DNA from: Raillietiella orientalis
Lineage: Eukaryota
NCBI GenBank assembly: GCA_036172245.1
Contig: JAYWIR010000009.1
Location: forward strand, 558,001-622,000
Length of the DNA: 64,000 nt
Direction of reading: 5' to 3'
Shown here: piece after piece, positions 51,583 to 64,000 of the stretch
Layout: each line of letters starts with the position of its first letter
Numbering within the stretch: position 1 is the first letter of the stretch
Notes under the pieces: model-generated
Told to the model about the DNA's origin: nothing
Database searches by the model: none
Seen by the model: only the letters and a program-made list of their open reading frames with translations
Position numbers and translations under genes: made by a program

Positions 51583-54500
51583 AGCGCGTGTAAGCCACTG
51601 TGACCGGAAATGAGAGGACAACCGGGACACACGAAACTTCATTCATTTTGGACAACAGCCTAAAAGATTTCTGAGTATCAGATCGGTTCGCATTCATGGG
51701 ACGACTCCCAAACATGCCAATCGCTTTGACTTCGCTGTTCGAATTCGCTGCATCAAATTGTTCAGTCGATGGACAAGCAGAAAGTTTGGGCACCAAGAAG
51801 GATCTAGAGAAGACACTACTGGCATCGAGGGGAAGGTGGGGTCAGACTGCCTCGTCTTGCAGGTACCGGTCGGTCTGCTGTTGACGCGAGTTAGAATGAG
51901 CAAATCCAGCATACATGATCATGAGCGTTTTTCGAACATGAATAGGTTGTAACTTATCATGCACATTTCGTTATCATTTTATTTTCTGTTCATCGACAGT
52001 CATCCCTGATTGATGAGAGCTTGCAGAACAAAGTTCATGATCCCACTACGCTTTCATGAATGAACACTTTACTGATTTAATAACCACGATCTCCCAACAT
52101 GCTTTGAAAATCAGATATCGGGATTCACGACGTCTCTGAGACTGACGGCAGGATCCTCTCGAACAAAATTTTGCTCCTAGTTCCGTCTCCTGCCTTCATT
52201 GGATCAGATGTCTCTTCAACCTGCAACTCATGACAACCGTCGAATCCAGGATGACTTCCCCACTGGAGGGGGCGAATGTAAATTCACTCCGACGAAGAAA
52301 GACTTCAAGAAGCCAGCAGACATAAAAACGCACACCGGGCCTGCATACAAACTCCTTAAGATGCATCCTTAAAACATGTCGATACCCGGCAAACAAATGG
52401 ATGGATGAACATTTATATGACGATTGCTCGAAGGTAAGTCTCATCCTCGTCAAGCTACAGGAAGAAGCCGGAAACATCTCCACTGACAAGTGCTCTTCGG
52501 CTCCTAACATCTTCGGAGCAAGTCCTCATTAAACTCCCCGCACGCAATGGTCGCGGAAACAGCGCAGTCGCCACCGTGGGGCCGAGGATCTCGCGGCATT
52601 TGAAGCACGGTATTATACCAAGAATACGTAGAGGATGCGCAGAGAAAATGCACAGTAGGATGCCAAACATCAGGAAGAATCCAAACTGCTGGGATTTTGA
52701 TAACCAGCAATAACCACGGAATTCAATTTGGATATATACGTGAGATGCCACTGGTCATCACGTGATTAGCACTGAATGACGCGGGCTTCGGAGCCCGAAA
52801 GCGTGTCATTTCTGCAGAGAGAGGCACACACATCAGAAATAAACATGTTCTGTATTGGACAACACTGTGCATCAAGGCAATTCTTGTACCCCAGAAACTA
52901 CCTGAGGTTCCCTGATTAAAGTTCCCTAAAGGGGTGACGCTATTCGCCTAAAGTTGACTGCCGTCGCAAGTGACGCCAACAGGAACTCAACGTAAAGGAG
53001 CAAAAAAAGACCACGAGTCTTTAAGTCTCATCCTAGATCAGTGCTTGTACAACTCCAACTCCCTCACTAAGAAGAACGAAAGTCCAGTAACATAAAAAAG
53101 ATGATGCAAAGAAAACTAGAACTGGTTCACAACCAGTCCAGAGTGAACTTATCACTTCGGGACCTGGAAACCCTGTTTCACAGCTCAGACCATCGCACTC
53201 GGTGAATAATGACCATGAAAGAGGACCGAAAAAACGTTGCAAGGGCCGCCAAAAAAGGCAGCCAATTACAGCGGACCTTGAGCTCCTCTAGCACACAGAC
53301 GAGCAGCTCCTTCGGAAGCAGCAGTGGTGCTGCAAACTCACGAGAACCTAGCACCTGAAGAACGACGACGACCCCACAGGAATCCCGATCCACAGAGTCC
53401 GAACGCAGGCACCTCAAGAAGAGAATGAAACCCACCAGTCTCCAGCAACACTTGGGCACTTTCCGCCCATACCAGCAACTGTAGGCGCGAGCTTGCCTTC
53501 GGATGACTGCAAGCTGCAATTCCAACCTTCTGACCTATTCGAGCCAAGTTGAAAGAATTCAGGCGAACCAGACGCCAACTGAGGCCAACGAGCCGCCCAC
53601 TCGGCATTCCACGTGAGACAAGAAAACGCACACAATCGGAAGCGTGCTGTGCACCATCGAATCTCACGGGCAGGCACCACAGCTTCTCAAGCTACCAGTA
53701 ATCCTCCAGTATGCACATTCGCGCCAATCATCCTCCCCTGTCGTGCAGCATCCATACGAGATCTCGGAAACGGATGAAGCATCGGAGGTCGGCCAAATCA
53801 CTGACCCCACGTAGAAAACTGGGACTGCGACCAACGGATGCAGAACGCTGCGTACCCAGCAAGAGCCTCTTGCCAACGCGCGAGACAAAGGCTCCTTGCC
53901 GCCCGAAAGCACGCACCTGACCCCGCATGCCACCTTCCACCGACGCTTCCACACATCGCATTCTTTCCCTTCCAGCTGGTCAACCCCGATCGTGCATCGA
54001 AAGCTGCCTCTAATAAACGCCTTAACCGTTACCCAGCCTCTGCACCTTGGGGACGGCAAAAGAAAACTCTAAAAAGAAAAAAGTCGAGTGCGACTTCCTC
54101 CGAATATCCCCCTTCCGCCCGCACGCTCTTCGCCACCACGACAACCACGAATCGCTGGAAGCGCTGAAAAGCGCGCACAGCCGGCCGAGGAGGCCACCGA
54201 ACACCGTGGCGCACGAGAAAGGAACGTCCTATGCCGAGCACACACAAAAGAAAAACTCGCGAGCACGCACCTGCTCTCCCACCGGTGAGTACCCCTCGTC
54301 ACGAAACCAAACTCCTGCGGCTCATTTCAGGCGACCTTCGCTTCAAACAGATTGCCGCGAGCTTATTCCTCCTGGCCACTTTTCCGCAACCGCGTCCGAT
54401 CAGTCGGAAGCTCCAAACCGAGACCTCGAACTTCTCGAGGCGCGCTCGGCTGACGCCGACACTGACCGCAGGGGAAACCAGCATCCGCTTTCGCATACAC

Positions 54501-55719
54501 ACCACGCCAGGAAACGGCAGGCTTCTCTCCCGGTACAGCATCTCATTCGCCTTTTTCCACAACGTACACAAAACCATCACCTCTCGGCTATCTTTCTTTC
54601 GCGCACGCAAAGTCTGCATTCCCGAATTGTCCAAAGCAACGCCTTTCAAACAGGCCGACAAGGCAGCAGCAAGCAAACCAACTCCACCTCTCCCTGCTCT
54701 GCAAACCAAGGAATGCGCCCAGCGGAGCTCCACCCCCCCGTCGCTTTCCCACTTATCCTCTGGAACAAGTGACGCGTACTCGGCGAACGAGTCCACCACG
54801 ACCACCACACTTCTCGCAGCAGCGCCGTCTGTCCGAAGGGAAAACGAAGACTGTCAGCACCATCGCAGGAAAGACTCGCACGAAACTCCTTGCAGGGAGG
54901 GAGTTGGCGGATACCGCGTCACTCCGCGTGCCATGGCAAAGTGACTGCGCCGGTGCAGCCAGCTGTTCAATGCGCCCACGCGACGAACTAGCGGCCCCTT
55001 CCTCGTGTGGAACACCTCAGTGTTTTTCCCTTCTAGTGGAAGACGCAGTTCCTGAAGTGAGGTCTGCAGTGCGATAGGCGCTGGCAACTCGTCTACGGGG
55101 GAGCCGCAACCACAAACTCGACCCCGAACCTGCTGTTCGACTGCGCTGCCCTCCACCAACTATGCCGAAAGAGGACCCTGACGCTTCGGTGACACCGCCC
55201 GTGACCCGCAGCGACGGTTTTTCGCGCGTCGCGGGCTCTCGGCTGGTGCAGTCATGGATCGAGTGCGCGCCATCGTCACGGTCGGCCATGTCTTGCAGGC
55301 GCAAGCGAAACGAAGGGCGCGGTAAGGCGTATGGCGAACGCCTACATGAGCATAGCTGCCGGATGGCCGAGAGGAAAGAGCAAGCGGAGATCGCCGGCAC
55401 CCAGCGTCGGCCGTAAAAGAAAACAAAGATCCACGCAGGGAGCCCCTGTCCCCACACAACCCATCTTCCGTTACTTTTGAATTTTCCCTTTCCCACCCGC
55501 TCCCGACTTTTGATTTCCTTTTCAAGAAGCGAGAACCATCGACCCCACGCATCACTTTTCTTGATTTCTTTCGTGTCCCCTTCCTCCCTTCCCCTACTAT
55601 TCGAAATCTCGACTTGAGTCTCGGTCACCCTCCCGTTCCACTTCTTTCCCTACCTACTAATGCTCCTGCTGTTTCTTCTGGAGCAGTTTTTCCCAATTCT
55701 TTTTTTTGTTTTTATTCAG

Positions 55720-56514
55720 CGAACCACGGAGCCAACCGGAGCCGCTGGCTGAGAATGCCTGCAGCCGGCCACCAGCTCCGCAGTTTGCGTTGCGAACACG
55801 CCTCAGTCTTCCCATCCGATGGAGCGCACCGCATCGCGTCCGATTGCTCCGATGGGAATTTCGATCCCACTCGCAACTGCGGGCTGCATCCGGAAATGAC
55901 CCGGGGGCAGCAGTCAACGTCTTTCCCGTGGAGCACGCTGGCTACAAGCGACCCGATCGCTTCCCTCATCCAAGCGGTGAGTCATCTGCCATCTCCTCCC
56001 CGTGCTGGACGTGAGAATTCTTTGCCAACCGTTTCATCCACCGTCTTCCTTGCTAGACTGCTTCGAAATGCGAAGGGTGACGCATCCCTGTTTCTACGAC
56101 GGGCACCCCACGTCGAAGCTTGCTACAGAGGAGTCTCTCCGAGAAAGTGCGCACCGTACTCCGGAGCTCACTCCATTCATCTCGTGAGCGCCACAACTTT
56201 TCCCCTCCCCTTTTCCGTCGGTTCACCGTCCGCCCCCCAGCGTCCTGCGACTCTCGTGCATTTGCAGCATTTCTTTCCATCTCCAACATCTTCGTCCGCG
56301 TCCAACCAGCTCTCTCACCCGCAACCACCGCTCGCTCTTCAGCAAGGGACACCTCGAGCTCTTTCTCCCAGTCTGCAAACACCCACAAATTCAAAAGACT
56401 GCACCGCCGATTGCAAACTTCCGCTTTTATTCCTTTTGCCGCCTCCTCGGACCCTTCGAACCAACACCGGAAACCCACGCAATAGACCGTGGCTGCCAAA
56501 AGACGGAATTCTGA
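55720..56514 (+). CDS. Candidate internal exons of an unidentified plus-strand gene
   Basis: Strong acceptor (long T tract + ttcag) at 55719, donor gtgagt at 55977, acceptor 56056, donor gtgagc at 56184, acceptor 56240. The exons splice in frame (..RPDRFPHPS-DCFEMRRVTHPCFYDGHPTSKLATEESLRESAHRTPELTPFI-SVLRL..). The DNA is GC-rich, so open frames alone are weak evidence. Confidence 0.3.
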
Positions 56515-59281
56515 CGTCGTTCGTTAAACACTCCTTTACCCTCGCAATCCATCCGATGTCCTTGCTCAGCTTTCCCTTATTTCCCACAACATTGTAAAAA
56601 AAAAGCTGTCCAGACGGCCACGCTCCTTCCCTTTGGGTACGGGATTCGGAAGACAGCAGCACCATGGACCAAGCGTTCGATCGACCAGCTTCGGATGGCG
56701 CCAGCGAGGACTCTTCTGGCACACTTACCAGGGTGCACTCCGGAGGCGGCGGAGTCGCCCGCCAGCGGATTACAATGCGACCAGGTTGCGTGGGGACAGC
56801 AGCCCTTGCAGCTGTCTGGCCCTGAAATATGGACCACGTCTTCCTACACCTCGAAGGAAAGCGCCGCTGCTTCAGAATCTTTCGGGGAGGTCCACGCACC
56901 ACCGGCCGATCCGTGGGCTTCGCAGCAAAATCCGGATCTATGGACCGAAAGCACTTCCGCAATGGCCGCCGATTCCTCGATAACTGCAGTCTTCACTGAG
57001 GGCAGCTCTGCCTGGACCCCTTCAGGGACTGGACGCCGGTAACGCCGGATCTTCCGGACCCCATTGGAGACATGGTGAGCGGCCCTGCTCATCCCGGTGA
57101 ACTTTCGCAGCCGGCAGACGCTCAGGATTCACCCTCCTCGCAAGAGGACGTGCGCGTCACCGGAGACGGTAGCATTCCCGACGGAGGACGCACCTCCCGA
57201 AGGACGGCGGCTCGCAACAGCAGCGATCCTTTGTCGGAAAGCGTAGACACCAGCGCACCAGGCGGCTCTCGCCTTTCTGGCACCGCTTTCCACTTCCGGG
57301 AAAAGCAGCGCCAAAAAAAACATTCGCAGCATGCTCTTCTGCGTTCCTCCTCGGAGTCCACGACCGAACGCATCGCATAAATAAAATCCCAGCTCCTCGC
57401 TCTCCACCCTGCGCTATGTGTGTAGCGCGCCAGCAGCTGGGGTGGAGCGTGGCGTGCAAATCCGTTTAAGAACTTGCGCGCGGGGGCTGTCGTGGCACCA
57501 TCGATTCCACCGTCGTCGCTCGCCTCGCGCATGAGCACTCCCTCTGTCCCCGACGTCCCTCTTGCTGCTCTTCGGGATCCCCACCGCGGCAACCGTCGAT
57601 GCAAGGCGACAACCTTGCTTGGTCTCGGGAAAGGGCTCAGCAGGCGCGGTCGTCCGGGGGTTCCAACGAAAAGCGGGCAACACGAGACCGTCGTTCGAAG
57701 CCCCCGGCACGTCTTCCCGCCAAAACAGTCCCACCCTCGCTCGCGTTCGTGCGCCGACCTTCAGCATCTCGGCCGCCGACGAAAAGCAGCGGCACACCTC
57801 TGCGATGGTGCGGCGAGTGCGTGGCACCTCCCACCACGCAGCCATACGCAACCGCGGTCGCTGCTTACACGGACAGCCCATCCCGTTGCGCCGAGCGCAA
57901 TCCAGCCCTCCAGCCTTGGGCTCGCACGAAACCCTTTAGGTGCTCGCGACGGAAGGGGGACGAAGAGCAAGTCGAAGTTCGTTCTCCGCACTTCCAAGTG
58001 CTACAGACCGCTTCCTGAAGTCAGGCAGTCAGTCGTCCGCTTCACTGCCTCGCAGGCGCGGATGCCTCCATGCTTTCCAAAAACTCGGAAACCGAGAAGC
58101 CAACGGCCCTCAACGCAAACGCACTGCAGAGATCCACAAGAACAACGTCCACTGCTCCTTCCCGGGAGAAGCAAAGTCAGATCGATCCGACTTGCGGATC
58201 CCAGCTCCATCCGCAACCCTTCTGCGCGACAAAAGTCCGCTCTGCTAGCGAGCAGCACCAGCAGCAGCCGCGCCACCGCTGCACAGTCGCCAACCCACCT
58301 GCAACCGCATTCTGGTAGCACCCGACCTCGCCCTCGGATCAGGCACCGAGATCCCTGCAGGAGCGCCGTTTTGCAGCTCGGCGACCGCTTCCCGGAACAC
58401 GAATTCCGTCCAACAAACATTACGCACTCTGCTTGTGCTCAAGAAACCACCAAGCGATGCGCAACACCCCATCCAGCAGTGCTTTCTTCCTTCCCACCTA
58501 AACACCTTACTCGCAATGCTCCATCTTGCAAGCAAACCGCACTGTAGGAGTTGCCTCCTCGTATAGCATGAAAGCAGCGTTTCCAAGCACCTGCCTCATT
58601 AAACAACAACGTACAGCAGCAGCAACGTACTTTATTGCAAGCATCACTTTTGCAGATCTCTTTGCATGCCACTGCACTCCCTCGTGTGCATGCATGCGGT
58701 GCACTCTCCACATACCGTGTGGCAGAGATGTCTTTTTCCCCTGATGCTTCCTCCTGATACACTGCTCTACCCCAACACCATCGACGTGTGCTATGCAGTT
58801 TAGCCCAAGAAACTATTCCATCCACCATGGTATTCCCAGAATGAGCACAGCAACCCACTAGCCCGCCGCTGGAGCCGTACACCAGACAACCGATTTTCGG
58901 TGGAGCAGCTACTCCCGGAAAAACCTTCACTTGGATGGAACAAAGTTGTGTACACCCTCTGCTTCCTGTTGCAATCCTCAATACACCAACAACACGTAAG
59001 GTGCAAAAGCACCCACTCTTCAATTGCTTTCTGTTATTTTCTTCAAAACTGATTGCAACCAAACAATCAGCCTCCATCTGCATCTTTCTTCCATGCAACA
59101 CACGAATCTGGAATTTCAGCAAGGCACTGCCAACCAGCTATCTGCCCATGCAGCATCTCCCGCATCAACAACATGCCAATGTGCTTTCACAACACATTGG
59201 TGGTGGTGGGAACAAAAAAAAAAAAACAAACAAAAATGGCATAAAAAGGAAAAAAGAGAACGTGGAAAAGCATTCCTAGCA

Positions 59282-60742
59282 TCAAGTGCTCGGTGAGTCT
59301 CCATCCGAATCGCTATTGTACGAGGTCAGCAATCCTAAACCACTTGCACATGGCTCTGCTTTTTTACGCACTTTCACCAGGGGACCCATCTTGACAGCTG
59401 ACGACAAGCTACCCACACTTCTCTGCCAAGATTCAGCTCCAGGAACTTCCGCAGCTCCTGCTTTCTGCAAAGCAAACATCCTGCATTTCCATGCCACCTC
59501 CCTTACCTTCTCAGAAGCAGCATCCTGCCCCACTTTCGAAGCCACCTTCTTGGGAGCTGCCTCCTCACCATCGGAGGAATCACTGTCAGCAAGCCTTTTC
59601 ACCGTCACCTGCCTAAAGACGGATCTGCACCAAAATCAGCTACCCTCTCCCAGCCTCCCCATCACTTACTGAATGAACGCCTCATCCTTTTCTTCTTCGC
59701 TAGGTTGAGGACGGACCCAGCTACCCAAAAAAGCATCGTAATCGATTTCCGAATGACGCTGACTCAGTTCCTTCAACTCCTCCAATGCCTCCAGCATCTC
59801 CATTTCATGTTTCGACGCCTTGGTTCGTTTCTCAAGCAGCTAACACCACGTACACCTGCATGAATAAACAACCTCCCAACCTTCCTCGACCATACCTTCA
59901 TTGGATTGCTTTTCTCTTCTTCCAACTGCTCTTGGTATTCCCGCTCTGCAGCCTCCTCCGCCAATTTCAACGCCTGGAAATTCCGGGTCGCTCCGGCCTC
60001 GATCACGTAATCCGTGTTTTGCGGATCCGTCTACAAACCCAAAGCCCTCCCGCCACACCCATTCCATTGCTCACGACGCTCACCTTAAACGCTATTTCCG
60101 ATAGGCACCTCGTGCATTTGATGTAAAAACGATAGATACGGATCCCAAGGTAATCCTCATTTTCCACATCTTCCTTTCTGGCATTGAATTTTTTGCCTTT
60201 GTAGATGTATTCTCCGCACGTTGTGCACCTGCAGCACCACCACCACACCACCATCGACCCGACGCAGCCAAGCACACAACGCTTACCTCATGTTGAAAGG
60301 GGCCATCAGTCGCACAGTGAATTTCCTGTTTTTCGGTTGTTTGATCCGCGGGATTTTCGACGGATCGAAATCGGGCGGATAATATTTCTGGAAGAGGAAG
60401 AAAAACGTGCACCAGTCGTCTGAGAGACGTGAACAACACTCCCTCCCTCCCTCCCTTCCTAGGGAAGGCAACATGCGATTTCTTGCTTTCGAAACAGTCA
60501 CTCAGCCCTTTCGAGCCCACTCCCAGCCTTCGTGAAAGCAAAAATACTGCCCCGTGGTTGCCGTCCGTTCCCAACTACGCGCCGCACCAGCCCAAAGGGT
60601 CCTCGGCGTGCATTCCGTTCGCGTTGCAATTCACTCGTGCAAGCAAACAAACCAAGCAACAAACATTTCTCACAAAGGCCCACGCGTGCTTAAAGTGCAA
60701 AGCTCAGCTCTCACTTACGTTCAAAACTTTCCTCTCCGACAT
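59282..60742 (-). CDS. YJU2: Splicing factor YJU2 / CCDC94 (Cwc16 family), 7 exons, about 291 aa
   Basis: Exons 60742-60719, 60387-60287, 60228-60084, 60030-59896, 59839-59670, 59624-59507 and 59464-59282 with GT-AG introns (331, 58, 53, 56, 45, 42 nt). Translation: [22 protein letters not shown]...[29 protein letters not shown]...[41 protein letters not shown]...NPMK|LLEKRT...[12 protein letters not shown]. This is the hallmark YJU2 sequence with two CxxC pairs. Confidence 0.97.
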
Positions 60743-61274
60743 GCTGCCTGCCTTCTGCTTTCCACACTCGAACCTGCGCTCCCACTGCCTCTCCGCTTGG
60801 CGCACGCCGCAACCCGCGTCAGGCTTGCCAACATCCGTTGTGCGCGCCCCTGCTCTTCCGCCGTTCCTGTCCCGGACCCGCTCGGCATTCCTGACAGCGC
60901 ATTTTGCTTGGGCTTCCTCCCTTTTTCCCGCCCATCGTGCCTTGTTCCCTGCAACGGGGGGAAACGGCAGCAAGCAACTAGCAAAGCACTTGGGAACGCG
61001 AGCTGATGGTGTTTCTTTTTTTCGTCTCGCGGCAAAACTCGTTAAGCCTTCGTCGTTCCGGAATCCTCTCCCGCACGCGTTCTGCAGCCGTTCCCTTCGA
61101 CTCTGAATGTTCTTTTGCTCCCTCTCGGAGTGTTGCTTGGGCCATCGCCGCTCGTTGCAAACTCCCACTCGTGTCCTTCCTCACTCTCAGTTTTCACGTA
61201 TTCCTTCCGAATGCAGCCTGTCCCTCTCGATCACCTTTGTCAAGTGGACACGGTTTGCATGTGGATGTGTGAGG

Positions 61275-61824
61275 ATGGCGTCGCGGACGTTGCGGTCGAG
61301 GCGCCCCTTTTTCGAACTAATCCGCTCCAGAGTTTTTTCTTGTGCTCTTGGTAAGCCGAGTGGTTTTCGAAGAGGAAAGTGCAGCTGCGTGGATTGATGC
61401 AGCAACGTGCGTCATTTGCGGCGTCTCATCCTTCACTATAGACTACGGACCAGCGATTCGAAAGCATCTGCCGAAGTATGTGCCCCTTTCGTGCTCTTTT
61501 ATACGTCGTCCGTTCGCAGAGTAGCAAACCTTGGCTGGTTTGCAAACCTTGCTCCAAGAAGTTTTGGAAGCGGTGGAGCAAGTGGAGTGGGGACTCTTGT
61601 GATCAGGAGTGTGAGCGTATCATGTTTTCTCTCTAAGCATCCCTCTGATGTGTGGCTTGAAAATGTAAGAATCCGTTTCGTTCCCTCTTCACACCGATAT
61701 CTCTTGTTCTCGTGTTTCGTAGGAACGCAACGGAAAGATGAGTGGGAACTTTGCTGGAGGTAGGGATCTTATTTCTCATTGCAGAGTAGTGCTCAACCGT
61801 GTTTTTCCAGAAACTCAGATTTAG
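61275..61824 (+). CDS. Candidate uncharacterised spliced gene (about 131 aa), divergent from YJU2
   Basis: ATG 61275; exons 61275-61350, 61403-61475, 61520-61664 and 61723-61824. Introns gtaagc..cag (52 nt), gtatgt..cag (44 nt) and gtaaga..tag (58 nt) keep one open frame: MASRTLRSRRPFFELIRSRVFSCAL-ATCVICGVSSFTIDYGPAIRKHLP-KVANLGWF...HPSDVWLEN-ERNGKMSGNF...ETQI*. No family recognised. Confidence 0.4.
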
Positions 61825-63054
61825 CGGAAAGCTTAGTCGTTGCAACTTTTTTAGTTTGAGGTGTGACGAAGCTGAGTGAGCGTGTTTCTGTATGAGGTTC
61901 CAGATCCTGATTGTGGGATGGAAGTTATGTGTTTGATTGAAAATGGAGAGAATGTGATTTTGTGAGCAGATCTTGCTGATTATCTTCAGAGTCGTTATTT
62001 CTCATGCATGAGGGTTTCACGGAACTGCAAGCAAAGGAAACAGAAGCTTTGAGATCTTGTGTTCAGCATCCCTATGATTTAGGTGAAGTATGTTTGTCAT
62101 TGCTTGATGAATGGGAATTTCAGAAACTTTAAGTTTACGAATATGAGATGAGACATCATCAGAATCGATTATTGCATGAGGAATCACTGTGTTCGTTGTA
62201 GTTGGTAACATCACTGCTGGTTTCACTATGCTGGTTGTACAGCACATTCATTAGAAAGAGTAATAGACTGTGTGGCTTGTGTAGAACCAGGAACCGAGCA
62301 AAAGTTGAGGAAGAGGAGCGGTACTTGTTAGCACAAGAGTGATTCCTCATTTCTGTTCGATTTTATAGCAAGTGATTGGTGCGGAGGAGATGCAATTGGC
62401 GTGCGTGGATCCTGTCGGATACTAGGAAGCTAAGCGCTAATATTTCTGAAAGGTTTGTAAGGATGGCTGCATGCAATTGATGAGCAAATGCTGTAATTAG
62501 TGGTGTTTCTCTCTGGTGAAGGATAACATTGGTTTGGATTCTTTTACATACATTACTTTTGTGTTACTCTGTGTCATTGCTGAGGCAATTGTGGAATTCT
62601 AGAAGTTATGAAATGCTGATTCACTATTGCAAGTTTTCTGCTACAAAGTGAACGGGAAGAAGTTCATCATGGGATCGTGACTCTGTGTTCTGCAGTTGAT
62701 CATGTAGAAATCCTCTTATTTCTAATATTGAATTGGTGCCAGTTCATCACGCTGCTTCGTAGTTCTTCAGACTGATCATTTGTGAATCAGTGAATAGTGA
62801 CCTTTGCACGGATTGCATGTTTCAATAGTACTGTGTTGTCGGATAGTTTCTTAAGGGAGAAACTGTTGATTACTTAATTTTGATATTATTATCAAACTCA
62901 TATTAGAGGGGATAATTATGATTGTTTGGAGTTTTTCTTTAGTATATTCTATTTTGCAGTAATGCTTTTGGAATATTGCTTTCTAGATTTGGTACTTCTG
63001 TAAGTTCTGTTTGACGGAAAATTTGTAGTAGACAAGCATGGTTGACAAAAAGTT

Positions 63055-63068
63055 GTTGCCTACGAAAT
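63055..63068 (+). promoter_or_regulatory. Possible X-box (RFX) motif upstream of TTC30
   Basis: GTTGCC-TA-CGAAAT, 67-80 nt upstream of the ATG of a ciliary gene. Good left half-site, degenerate right half. Confidence 0.25.
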
Positions 63069-63134
63069 AGGAATCGCCTGTTGGAGAATCCTCGCGGTCT
63101 GTTTATCGGCTTGCATAGTTGAATTGGCGACAAC

Positions 63135-63760
63135 ATGTTGTCTAGTGCTATTAAAGAAGGGAGTTATACTGTTACCGTTTATAATTTGGTAAGTTTTCTG
63201 TGAGTGATAAATTGTAAGCTCATGATGTGTTTGTTATTGGTTTGTAAATTTGCGCATAATACGTTACACTTTTCAGATTAAAGAAAAGAAATTTAACGAG
63301 GCTGTCAGTGTTTTGAGTTTTATGTTGGAATCTAATGAAAATGTAAGTCCTTTTAATTTGGTGGTAAGAAGCACTTCTTGGCACTTCGTTGAGTTTTTTC
63401 AGCACAGCAAGGTTTGATTTATTTTTACTGTGGTTGTGTTTTGCACTCATTCCTCACCCTTTTCAGATTGCACTATGACATTTGGATCTTATTTTAAGTG
63501 TTTTTATCATTTCTTCCTTTTGTACATGCTGTAGTCATGACATTTTTCAGTCTAGAGCGATATTATCCATTTTGGCCTTCTGCTACTATAACCTTCAAAA
63601 CTATGTACTCGCAGCAGACTGCTACGAAAAGTTGTACCAACTTAATCAAGATGTCTCCATGTATAATTTGTATTATGCACAGTGCTTGTATCAAACCAGA
63701 CTGCTCGATGAAGCATTCAAAGTCACTTTGCAGATCGAAAATCCAGACCTTGCAAAACAG
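63135..63760 (+). CDS. TTC30: TTC30/IFT70 (fleer/DYF-1) intraflagellar-transport TPR protein, first three exons; gene continues past the window
   Basis: Exons 63135-63188, 63277-63342 and 63551-63760 (introns 88 and 208 nt, GT-AG): MLSSAIKEGSYTVTVYNL|IKEKKFNEAVSVLSFMLESNEN|SRAILSILAFCYYNLQNYVLAADCYEKLYQLNQDVSMYNLYYAQCLYQ...DLAKQ. This resembles the TTC30 N-terminus (GEFTALVYRLI...SRAGLSLLGYCYY...AAECYEQL...YRLYQAQALY). Confidence 0.92.
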
Positions 63761-63842
63761 GTATTACATTAGATATTCTTTATTTTGTATAATGATATTG
63801 CTTAGTCTGTTAGTTGTATCAATAAGCCTTGAAACTGGTACT

Positions 63843-64000
63843 TCACAAATGAACACCATAAACTGGTAACTTCACAAAAAACGCTCCTACCAATATTAAG
63901 CCTTCTACTCCTAACCCCTCATCCCCCATTCTAACAATCAACCTATCTTCTACAAAATTAGTAACACCAATTAAAAACCATAAAGATCTAAAGACCATAT
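63843..64000 (-). pseudogene. ND4: Nuclear mitochondrial insertion (NUMT): fragment of NADH dehydrogenase subunit 4, in TTC30 intron 3, running off the window end
   Basis: Abrupt switch to G-poor plus-strand composition. The minus frame in the invertebrate mitochondrial code reads MVFSSLWFLIGVTNFVEDSLIVSMGDEGLGVEGLMLVGAFFVKLPVYGVHLW (TGA=Trp). AFFVKLPVYGVHLW matches the ND4 signature AFxVKxPxYGxHLWLPKAH. Confidence 0.88.

Noticed and set aside
57474..58547. 357-aa ORF (and the 327-aa ORF at 55614-56597, and 241/237-aa ORFs at 54047-54944) as single-exon genes
   Set aside because: GC-rich DNA with several frames open at once, Arg/Pro/Ser-biased translations, non-ATG starts for most and no recognisable domain.

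Overview
Eukaryotic (invertebrate animal, possibly arthropod) nuclear DNA in two very different halves. About 1-44.4 kb is a graveyard of decayed non-LTR retrotransposons. It holds about 12 fragments of a NeSL/Utopia-like family (zinc fingers, RT, CCHC knuckle, restriction-like endonuclease), all read on the minus strand. It also holds R2-like endonuclease ends on the plus strand, about 10 Tx1/L1-like 3' ends in both orientations, and four copies of a long tRNA-headed SINE. A 27-nt piece of U2 snRNA, the known Utopia target, is embedded in one Utopia-like copy. About 46-64 kb is gene-rich with very short (39-60 nt) introns. It contains complete ROPN1L and YJU2/CCDC94 genes, the 5' end of TTC30/IFT70, several low-confidence candidate spliced genes, and a mitochondrial ND4 fragment (NUMT) in TTC30 intron 3. 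Most long ORFs in the supplied track are spurious or antisense to transposon relics. Transposon boundaries are approximate and family calls come from motifs read by eye in frameshifted sequence, not from database searches.
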